Part shown: piece after piece, positions 21,081 to 30,100 of the stretch
Layout of the letters: each line of letters starts with the position of its first letter
Numbering within the stretch: position 1 is the stretch's first letter
Source: an uncultured Nitrospirales bacterium
GTDB lineage: Bacteria > Nitrospirota > Nitrospiria > Nitrospirales > UBA8639
Direction of reading: 5' to 3'
DNA length: 64,000 bases
Assembly: GCA_963801755.1 (NCBI GenBank)
Contig: CAWDGE010000011.1
Location: 55,921 to 119,920 of the forward strand
Notes under the pieces: model-generated
Database searches by the model: none
The model's input: only the letters and a program-made list of their open reading frames with translations
What the model was told of the DNA's origin: nothing
Program-made: the position numbers and the translations under genes

Positions 21081-21936
21081 TCACTCACACTTCGTGACCC
21101 AGACCCCGACATGAAGAGTTGACCCTGGGGTGCCAACGAACGATCCCTCGATGGGCGGAACGGATTCGGGCAATCTTGCGACGGCCACGGCAATATGATC
21201 GGTTCCGGCCATGGTTCCACCAGTGGGATCAAACCCCTTCCACCCGGCCCCTGGCAGGTAGACTTCGGCCCAGGCATGGGTGGCGCCATAATCGGTTGCT
21301 GATGGTGGTGCGTGGAGATACCCGCTGACAAAGCGCGCAGCGAGACCTAAGCACCGCGCGGCTTCCATAAAGAGCAACGCAAAGTCACGGCATGAGCCGG
21401 TGCCGTATTCCAGTGTTTGCCCCACAGTTTGAACGCCAGGTTCTTCCCGCACTCGATAGGACAGGGTTTGGTTGATGTGGGTGCCAAGCCGCTGCAGGAG
21501 TGTAGTAGGTCTGAATCGGTTCATCGGATTGCCAGAAGCCGGCTATCCATTCAGTCAGTTGAGTTTTGGTGTTCGGCTCAGGAAAGGCCATGTAGGGCAG
21601 CAGCATGATCCGGTCATCTGGTTGATAGGTGAATGGGTACGCGACAGCGTAGTCGGCGACGAGAAAGTCGAGTGGAGCCTCATTGAATTGCTGGATGATG
21701 ACTTCGCTCTCAATCACAAGCTGGTTGGCGGGCACATCGAAGGTGGCAGTGGCCACCGAATTGCCTTCTACATCCCGATGCCACAGCAGGGTCGCGGGCG
21801 GGGTGATCTTCAGGTTTAAAGACTCAATGTGCAGGTCATAGTCTTCTCTCGGACGCAGGCGCAAGTGATGTGGTCCGAGTGTCACAGCACCGGAGAAATT
21901 ATAATAGGTCCGATGAAGAATTTTATAGCGCTGCAT
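21081..21936 (-). CDS. Transglutaminase-family protein (frameshift near 21505)
   Basis: N-terminal ORF 21385..21936 (YKILHRTYY, LRLRPR, RDVEGN) joins C-terminal ORF with GSCRDFA, ARFVSGY, THAWAEVYLPGAGWKGFDPT. Confidence 0.85.
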
Positions 21937-22039
21937 CCTATATCCTATTCTGCAATTTTACCGGTATCAAAGAATTGGTGAAACATTATGGTTGAGGAAC
22001 GGGCTCAGAGGAGTCGCCCATTCTCTGCCAGAGGTTTAC

Positions 22040-25000
22040 TTAGTCCACATCAGGTATCTGACCTTGCAATTCTTCCAGAATTACAATCAGGCAGATCCTA
22101 CTATATCTAGAAAGGCGCTCCATGACCGTATCGTCTAAAGACTGATTGAGCGCATTTGCGGCAGGCTGAAGTAGCAGCCTCAATGTGCCATTTCCATCTT
22201 CAACCTCCTTTACGGAATGGAGCAGGGCGGGAACAGATGTGCGCGGAGCGGAGAACTGGAAGCGATGTTCCGCCTGCGCGCGCCAGTAAGAAGCAAAGTG
22301 TCGTGCGACATGGAGGTTAAAGAGCTCTTGCCGGGTATAGCTGAAATCGCTCACGAGTGCTGAAATAGGAAAGACTGGCTGAAGGCTTACTGGCAACCGG
22401 TATGTTTATGAGGAGCCTCGCCGCGCGCACCGCAACGAACTGTTGCAGGATTTGTTAGATTAAATAACGGGACTCATTGAAGACTTTCGGCTGGACGTGA
22501 GGCCCATCAAAATCAACCGTATGGCGAAGGTTAAGTCTGCATCGCTCCGAGTTCTTGGTGTATTTAGTCTCCATGTTATCTAGATGGGCAATCAGGTTAG
22601 AGCCACTGCAGATGATTCCGGCAACCAACAGACCAAACCAGCGCTCGGTGCGATTACAAGATTAGTCGCTGGTCTTCGTCTGGCTCCAGGATGGCTGGAG
22701 CTCTCTCCCCTGGTGGATAGGTCGGCCCATGCTGTCTCAAAATTTACTAACGCTCGAATGAAGCCAGTTCCTGCGCCGTTGGCACACGATAATGAGGTGT
22801 GCATCTGATGCCACCGTCGGATATGAATACATCTTGAAGCTTCAAGGCCTCAAGTTCATGGGCTGTAGGATGGACTTAACCCTAAGGTCGTTGCAAGAAG
22901 TAACACTTGGGCTTTGGTTTTTTCGACAACGGGCAGCTTGCCCAGGTGCAACTTTAGAAACCTTTAAAATAGGAGAGCTTGCATCTCCTGGTTGAACGTG
23001 GCTCGATTTCATCTTGTTTCCAAAGGCCCTCCTTATGACTCCGCAAACCCAACGGTGCTCGCAACACAGCTTCCAATGAGGATTACCTTCTGCAGCTGCT
23101 TCCGAGGGTAATGTTAAAATTGCCTCGGACAATATCCTTGCGGCTCTAGCCTGGTTGCCCGCGAGAGACATGACGAGTGCTGCATCCACTTGCAAGCCAA
23201 ACTTAAGGAGATCGAAGGCACCGGGAGAGCAGGGAATCGGCTGTGGAAGTAAAGATGTGTTCTGCCTCGTCCCACCGATTGAGCCGAGCAGCGCTAACGC
23301 CTGCGCGTCGATGGGCGAATGGATCGAGTGCAGCCTTGCTAGCCGGGTCGGATGTCATCTGGCTCCAGATCTTAAGAACTGTCTCATCGTCTTTCCTATA
23401 AAAAAGGACATTGGCTCGCTGCTCTAGTAGAACAGCCGAAGACCCGAAGGCGGCGTCAGCCTGATCCAGCACAATTAAAGCATCTTCACTCCTGTCCAAG
23501 ATACTCGGTGAGAATAATCGCTTTGGCTTTAGCGGCTTCCCTGCCAAATCGAGGTGAAGCACGACGGTTTGCATAGTCGATTATTCGTTCAAAGAGTGCT
23601 AGCCAAGGTTCCCAGTCATGAGTTTCCTCATGTTTGGCAGCCCACGCACTCTGTACAAATGCCCCTAGGCCTTGCACAATCGGCCACTCCAACATCGCAT
23701 CAAGCTGTTGGCGAAGATTCTCTGATGCCATGTTGTCGAACCACTGTAATAGGTCGTCGAGGCTTCTCATATCGCGTACACTTCGAGTCGTAAAGAGAAG
23801 CATTTTTTGAACAAGTGTGGCATTTGCGAGGAAGCCTATCTGGTCGAATCGATTTCCGTGAAGGAATCGTCCAATGTTAGCCGTCTGCATCTCGAAGAGT
23901 TCACTTGGTACCGCAGGAATTCCTGTGATTGCCTGGAGACGGGGTCCGAGAGGGACCTTAAGTGCTCTGAGAGAAGCCAATAGAGAAGAACACTGGCTGC
24001 AAGCATGAGGGGCTTAGCTTCAGGAGATGGCATCCTCTCGACGTCGTCTGCCCAGCGGTCGCAAATTTGAGGGAGGGACATCGGATTCAAGGGTTGAAGC
24101 TACTTTAAATTGCAGTCCTCGGAGGATCGCCCCAGTCATCGCATCTTCTGCAGAAGTCTGTCCACTATCGAGTGCTACGAGGGAGAGCCAAAGGAGTTGT
24201 CGCTCAACCTCGCGCTTTGCTTGATGATCGTCTAATAAATTGTAAGTTTATCGCGGTGTAGGCAAGGCGCAAGGGCTCCTCTCCGATATATGCGTGGAAG
24301 AGAAGTGCGGCTGCCTCAGATGGTTCAAGGGGTTGTTTGGCTCGAATAGCATCGTGCAGACGAATATGAGCTTGCTTGCGTTTCACTTGTGACCACACTT
24401 CGGCGGCAACTCCCTGAAGAAGTGGCGTGGCACGGAAACAGTTAACGCTATTCGTTCAAGCCATTTCCCAATGAGCTTGTCTAAAACATCGCCAGCGTTT
24501 GTCAGATCTTCAACGGTTTCCGCTAATCGAATTGCAACTTCTCGATGCATCGGCACGGAGCATTCCGATACCAAGTAGACGAACTCCGCAGTGGGGATTG
24601 GCACTGTCTCACTGAGTAGCTGCCGAGCCATCTGACGCGCTGAGGTCAAAGCAGGCGACTGTGTGGTCAAATCAATCTGAGTAGGGTTGGGCCAACCACG
24701 AGCGGCGAGTTCAGCAATTCGAACCTGGACGAGTTTTGGATGCCCGCTCGTCCATATCGCCACGAGCCTCCCCCAGGCGTGGGAAATTTCTTCTGGACAC
24801 CCGTGCTCCTGGCACAAATCTTCAGTCTCCGTGATGGTCAGATCAGGTACATCAAGAAGTTCGATGTTTTTGAATTCATGCACAACGGCTGAATTGCTGG
24901 AGGCACCTTGTGCTGTGAGAAGGACGCCTCGCCCTGTCGAGTGTGCTCGGATCAACACCAATGCAAGCGCATCTCGATAGACTCGGTGAGCATTTGGACT

Positions 25001-26165
25001 AATATCCAGGTCATCGATTATGACCAGATTTGGGCAATCCCCACATTCGATTCGGCTTGCCAGTGCAAGGAATAGGTTGTCTACCTCGCGGGGGTTTCGT
25101 CCTGTTAGGTTGATCCACCATGCCTCGGGGCACAGTGATGAAGCGACAAGCTGTGCTAGCGTCGTTTTTCCTTTATAGACTGATCCGGTTAGCAATATGA
25201 CTCGGCGTTGCTTAACCAGCTTCTCCAGGTGTTGGCTGAGAGCCGGTCTTTGTAGAAGCGGGTCAGGGGGTGTTGGAGACTTCTGAATTAGGAGGTTAAG
25301 TAAATTCAAGCCAGGAGGTGTATTTCCAATAAGATCGGGCAACTGATCAGTTGGTAGAGGAAGGTACGAAGTCGTGGCGCACTCGATTTGCGCGTAACAA
25401 AGCACCTCGCGTCAAGCACCTGCTGGTAAGGGATGATTCGCAGACCAGTTCCCAGAAACGGGCCTCTAGAAATTTTCGAACATTTGTAGCGAGAGATGCA
25501 GAGCGTTGCTGATCCGCTAAGAGTCCAGTGATGCGGTCATCGACACTGCGTTTGACGACTTCAATATCTGGTTGGTTTGGGAGCCAGTAAAATCGCCGAA
25601 TAAGACGGTCCTGAACATCGGAAGGCGTTGCGGTTTCAAGAAATTTTCGCAAAGGGCTCTTGGCGCCAAGCTTTGTTACAAGATACGCTCTGATTGTAGC
25701 TGCTATTTCAGTGCTTGTTTGCGCTACACGCCAAGCTTCGATGCCCGGGAGCCCATCGAAATTTGCGTCTTGCTCAATGGCAATAGTGCTAGTGGTTAGG
25801 TAGTGAAAATCGATTTGTCGAGAAGATTCGTTGCAGGACAGGGTCCAGAAGTTTTCTAGTGCTTGGTGCGCCTTTGCATTGCCTAGTGAAATAGAACCTT
25901 CGTTCTTCTTAACTTGCACAGTAATGGCGCTGGCGGATTTAACAACATCGAAGTCTTCGGCTCCTTCCAAGTAGATTACTTCGTCGGCATTTTTTAGTCA
26001 TAGCCAGGCGTCAATTGAACACCAAGCCTGATAGACAGTCCCTTGAATTGATGGAACGGCTTGCCGCCTGGGGTCACCTGGTAAAGGCGATGGAAGGCCA
26101 CCTCTGAGTCCGACTATCTCGTCAATTCCAATTGGTTGAACAGCTGGGGGATCGTGTTCGGTGAT
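22040..26165 (-). pseudogene. Disrupted nuclease-STAND NTPase-helical repeat gene (Avs/NLR-like defence protein)
   Basis: Consecutive minus-strand fragments: RQAVPSIQGTVYQAW...LEGAEDFD...VQVK (Cap4/DUF4297-like nuclease), GSVYKGKTT Walker A, LVIIDD Walker B, TSGHP GxP motif, helical fragments; in-frame TGA at 25998 plus several frameshifts; start approximate. Confidence 0.65.
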
Positions 26166-26295
26166 TATTTTTCTGCCCTGCTTTGAAAGCTGGCGTCTAG
26201 CTGGGCAATGCAATTCTTAGGTTATTGGCTTATCCAGGCTTTTGTTTCTGAATTCAAAATTCTCCGGATATTCCCCTAGCAGGAGTTGGAGTGGC

Positions 26296-26442
26296 TCAGG
26301 AATTGTGGGCTTCGCTTAGGCGAAGCCCACCACTTCCAATCGAAGAAAGCGTCTTGGCTATTTCTTTTTGTCTTTTTTCTTCCTTCGTTGGCTTTCTGCT
26401 TTTGACTTTGTCTTTGTCTTTTTTTCCGCCTTTGTCTCCCAT
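26296..26442 (-). CDS. Small Lys-rich protein (48 aa; MGDKGGKKDKDK...), not in ORF track
   Basis: Strong AAGGAGGAG RBS just before ATG 26442; the 3' part runs into a hairpin and may be affected by a frameshift. Confidence 0.6.
   Translation of the reverse strand: MGDKGGKKDKDKVKSRKPTKEEKRQKEIAKTLSSIGSGGLRLSEAHNS
26305..26330. repeat. Perfect 11-bp hairpin gtgggcttcgc-ttag-gcgaagcccac (REP-like/terminator)
   Basis: Direct reading. Confidence 0.6.
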
Positions 26443-26628
26443 GTATCTCCTCCTTTATTTAAGATTGACCGTCTTTCTGTGAAGAGTTGATTGAGACGAT
26501 TCCAACCGGGCTGCCTATTTCCCTCATGCTCAGGATAATCGACCCTAGCTTACCATGTTCCAGGGATAATAGAATCCGTTCAGACTCGTTCACAATCCAT
26601 GGCTGGCTGGCCGGTTTTTAGACCATTC

Positions 26629-26680
26629 CTGGTTGAATGAACACCCAATCAGAGTCCGCCGAATAAGGCGATGCCGGCGG
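26629..26680 (-). pseudogene. Diverged duplicate of the 3' end of the MFS gene
   Basis: ctggttgaatgaacacccaatcagagtccgccgaataaggcgatgccggcgg versus ctggttgaatgaagacccaacagagtccaccgagtaaggcgatgccggcgg at 28582-28632. Confidence 0.85.
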
Positions 26681-26784
26681 TGAGGGGAGATTGACGAAAC
26701 AACCAGAGGTGATTTCATCTCTTCTTTGATTGGAAGATTTTTATATCACCACTCCATTCTCCCTCCATGCCTTTTCTCATATTT

Positions 26785-28269
26785 TCATGGTGGCGTACCC
26801 GGATTTTGAGCGCAGCGGAAACCAAGGCCTAAGTCCGTGTGGGTTGGTGAAGCATAAGAGCGCAATGCCGCTCTCAGGTATTCGTCCGTTGCGTTCCATG
26901 TTCCGCCTCGTATAACTTTTCCGGAACCTGGGGCTGTCTCCTCCGCATCACGGTTTAGATTCCGTGATTCATTCCAGCTGTCTGCCGTCCATTCACTTAC
27001 ATTTCCGGCCAAGTCAAACACCCCATAGGGACTTCTATCCTTTTTGAATGTCCCGACCGGAGATAGTTTTGATAATTCAAAATCACCAAATGTTGCAAAA
27101 TTCGTGAATTGGCTCGTCGGTGGGTCATTGCCCCATGGAAAAATGCGTCCGTCTGTTCCTCGCGCGCTTTTCTCCCATTCATCTTCGGTCGGTAATCTCT
27201 TCTTGGCCCAATGGCAGTAGGCTTTGGCCTCCGGCCATGTCAGGCCGACGACGGGACGATTGGCATCCTGAGGCATCTTGATTTGAACCCAATATTCCGG
27301 CGCGGTTCGACCGGTGACTTGTAGAAACTTACCATATTTTTCCATTGTGACTTCATACTTGTCGATGAAGAAGTCTTCGACATAAACCGTATAGCGAATT
27401 CCTTCGGTAATTTCTCCTGTTCCTGAGCGTGATTCTGCATTTGTTTCAAACTGCCCTGCAGGGATCCGAACCATCGGCGCACCGTCTGCGCCTGAAATCT
27501 CCAGTGATAACGAGTCGTTCCCTGAGGGCTCCACATGCCATCCTTGCAATGCGATGGCCAAGACCGGTGTGGGTACTGCATACCCCAGGCGTCCCTGAGC
27601 GTCTGTCACGACTCCGATCACCTTGCCATTAAGCAAAAGGGGGCCGCCCGAATGACCTTCCTCCACTAACGCCTGAAACGTCAGGTGTGGGCCTTTCCTA
27701 CCGCTGATACTTCCGGTTGAGACTGTCCAGGGGGCGAGATTAGGTGGAAATCCGATGAAGGTAATGGTTTCTCCCCCGGATGCTTGTGTGGTCTGGTCGA
27801 GCGGAAGCGCTGCGAGTCCATCAGGAAGGGTATCTGAAACACGCAACGTGGCCAATCCATTCTCATTGGTTCCATCGATGCCTAACACCTGTGAGTCAAA
27901 CGATTGATGAGGATGAGAGAAGAACCACACCTGTGGTTTGCTATCGCCGGAAATCACATGTGCGGCAGTCACGATATAGGCGGCGCCTTTGTCGAGCCTC
28001 ACGATAAATCCAGTCCCGACATTGGGTTGCCCATTTACAATCGCAGTAATTTTGACGACGCCCTTTTTGAACGCTTCAATTTCCGTGGCATGAACAAGAC
28101 AGGGAAAGAGGAGAAATATACAGAGTGCAAAGGACATGATCCAGCCGATAAAAGGCACCCATATCCATGAATGTCCCCTCCCCTCATTGGAGGATGTCAA
28201 TGTTCGGTGGTTCTCGTTTGTTCTGATTGTTTGAACAACTTTTGGGTTCACCGTATATTTTCTCTGCAA
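26785..28269 (-). CDS. Trypsin-like serine protease fused to FGE-sulfatase (SUMF1) domain
   Basis: GTGF...VTAAHV, GHSGGPL; MVRIPAG, IDKYEVT, RLPTEDEWEKSARG, GNVSEW, RGGTW, LGFRCA; start may be downstream. Confidence 0.85.
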   Translation of the reverse strand: MQRKYTVNPKVVQTIRTNENHRTLTSSNEGRGHSWIWVPFIGWIMSFALCIFLLFPCLVHATEIEAFKKGVVKITAIVNGQPNVGTGFIVRLDKGAAYIVTAAHVISGDSKPQVWFFSHPHQSFDSQVLGIDGTNENGLATLRVSDTLPDGLAALPLDQTTQASGGETITFIGFPPNLAPWTVSTGSISGRKGPHLTFQALVEEGHSGGPLLLNGKVIGVVTDAQGRLGYAVPTPVLAIALQGWHVEPSGNDSLSLEISGADGAPMVRIPAGQFETNAESRSGTGEITEGIRYTVYVEDFFIDKYEVTMEKYGKFLQVTGRTAPEYWVQIKMPQDANRPVVGLTWPEAKAYCHWAKKRLPTEDEWEKSARGTDGRIFPWGNDPPTSQFTNFATFGDFELSKLSPVGTFKKDRSPYGVFDLAGNVSEWTADSWNESRNLNRDAEETAPGSGKVIRGGTWNATDEYLRAALRSYASPTHTDLGLGFRCAQNPGTPP

Positions 28270-28342
28270 TCGGGAGCGCCTCGTTTACTTGCGCTATTTC
28301 TGTTTTGCTTGTTGGCCAAATTTCAGTTAGCGACTCAGTTTA

Positions 28343-30058
28343 TCATGATCCGAAGATAATGGAATCAACTTTGAGGGGAGGCTCCAGATTCTTCGGGGTT
28401 TGTGTGGGCATGCCTATCTGCTCATGGCTGAGACCTTGTCCCCACTCATGACTCTCGAGCATTTTCCACAAGATGGTTCCTGGTGTTTCTACCTCCCCTT
28501 GCCCCTCCTTACAAAGGAGGGGGATCTCCTCAGATTTGTTCAAATGGCATTTTTGGATTGGGCGATTTTCAGCCCATGTTGCTGGTTGAATGAAGACCCA
28601 ACAGAGTCCACCGAGTAAGGCGATGCCGGCGGCGATGTCGAGGGAGACCGACCAGCCGAAGGTGTCAGCCAGCCAGGGCGTCAGTGTGGGAGAAAGGGTT
28701 CCGCCCAGGTTGGCGCCCGTGTTCATGAGGCCTGAGAGGGTGCCGGCGTAGGGTTTGGATAAGTCCGTGGTCGAAGACCAGAACGGGCCGACGGTGAAGT
28801 AAAGCCACCCCGCGCCGAGCGAGAGGAAGCCGATTGCGACATAGGGCGCTTCGATGTTGGCGCCGATGACGATGGAGAGCGCGGCCAGAATCATTCCTGC
28901 TCCTCCCACGCTCGCACGCCCACGATTGACCCCGTATTTTTCGGTGAGACGATCCGTGACCCATCCCCCTAACGGGCAAAAGATGGCCATGGCGATGAAC
29001 GGCGCCGAGGCGAAGAAGGCGCCTTGGAGGATGGCAAAGCCTCTGACGTTGACGAGGTAGAGATAGAACCAGGACATATAGACATAGGCGACATAGCCGA
29101 GACAGGTGTAGCTGAGCGTGAGCCACCAGACGGTTGGTGTGGTGAGGATGGCTTTCCAGGGAACGGTGGTCGTCTTTGACTTGTGAATGGGGGCTGGCTC
29201 GCCTTTCCTTCCTGTCCGTATCAGATTGGTGGTGTTGGGGTTGTCCTTCTTCGCACCGGTCCGCTTACCTTTGGCCTGTGAAGCTGGAGGCAGTCCTGCA
29301 CGTGGTGTTTCGAATTCGGTGAACACATCATGGACCATGCCCCAGGCCTTTCCGGACCGTCCTTCCAAAGGAGCAGGAGGATTGGGTCGAGATTCCGATC
29401 CTTCGATCAGTTCGGCTTCGGCGTTGTTGACATGGGCATGTTGCCGTGGATGATCGGTTGCGTACCAGTACCACAGGAGCGCGATGCCAATACCCAATCC
29501 GCCTGCAACATAGAAGGCGGTTTGCCAGCCGTAATTGACCATGATCCAGGCGGTGATAGGTGGCGTGAGAGCCGAGCCCACGCCGATCCCTCCGATGGTG
29601 ATGCCAATGCCTAAGCCCCGTTCATTCGGAGGATGCCAGTTCGCAACGGCTCGATTGAAATTGGGTAGCGCGGCCGCTTCGCCGATGCCGATGAGGAATC
29701 GCACGACCATGAGGGAGCCCATGATCCCGATCAAGTTGGCCAGTGGGAGCGTGGGCGCGACGGCCGTCAGAGCCGTAAATATCGACCACCAGATGACGGC
29801 GAAGGTCAACACCCGACGTGGTCCCCATCGATCTCCCAGCCATCCGCCGGGAATTTGAAAGAGGGCATAGCCAAAGACAAAGGCCGAAAAGATTTGACCC
29901 ATTTGCAGATCGGTGAGTCCGAGTGCGGGCATCATTTGACGGGCGGCGACGGAAATATTCACCCGGTCGATGTAGGTGATGATGCTGATGAGGAGGAGCA
30001 GAAGGAGAATTCGCCAGCGGATTCGAGATGGTGTGGTGGACGGTGAAAGCTGGTGCAT
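28343..30058 (-). CDS. MFS transporter (ACS/anion:cation symporter type)
   Basis: ITYIDRVNISVA, GGWLGDRWGPRR, RFLIGIGEA, 12-TM pattern; long central loop and extended C-terminal tail. Confidence 0.88.
   Translation of the reverse strand: MHQLSPSTTPSRIRWRILLLLLLISIITYIDRVNISVAARQMMPALGLTDLQMGQIFSAFVFGYALFQIPGGWLGDRWGPRRVLTFAVIWWSIFTALTAVAPTLPLANLIGIMGSLMVVRFLIGIGEAAALPNFNRAVANWHPPNERGLGIGITIGGIGVGSALTPPITAWIMVNYGWQTAFYVAGGLGIGIALLWYWYATDHPRQHAHVNNAEAELIEGSESRPNPPAPLEGRSGKAWGMVHDVFTEFETPRAGLPPASQAKGKRTGAKKDNPNTTNLIRTGRKGEPAPIHKSKTTTVPWKAILTTPTVWWLTLSYTCLGYVAYVYMSWFYLYLVNVRGFAILQGAFFASAPFIAMAIFCPLGGWVTDRLTEKYGVNRGRASVGGAGMILAALSIVIGANIEAPYVAIGFLSLGAGWLYFTVGPFWSSTTDLSKPYAGTLSGLMNTGANLGGTLSPTLTPWLADTFGWSVSLDIAAGIALLGGLCWVFIQPATWAENRPIQKCHLNKSEEIPLLCKEGQGEVETPGTILWKMLESHEWGQGLSHEQIGMPTQTPKNLEPPLKVDSIIFGS
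28502..28522. repeat. REP-like hairpin cccctcctt-aca-aaggagggg (copy 2)
   Basis: Perfect 9-bp stem, ACA loop; lies in the MFS C-terminal tail. Confidence 0.6.
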
Positions 30059-30100
30059 GGGGAAGGATGAGAACGCCTGCCTGGGGAGCCAACGAGAAGG

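Noticed and set aside
25998-26000. In-frame TGA as selenocysteine or programmed read-through
   Set aside because: Position is not a Cys-equivalent catalytic site, no SECIS-like hairpin was recognised, and the gene has many other breaks
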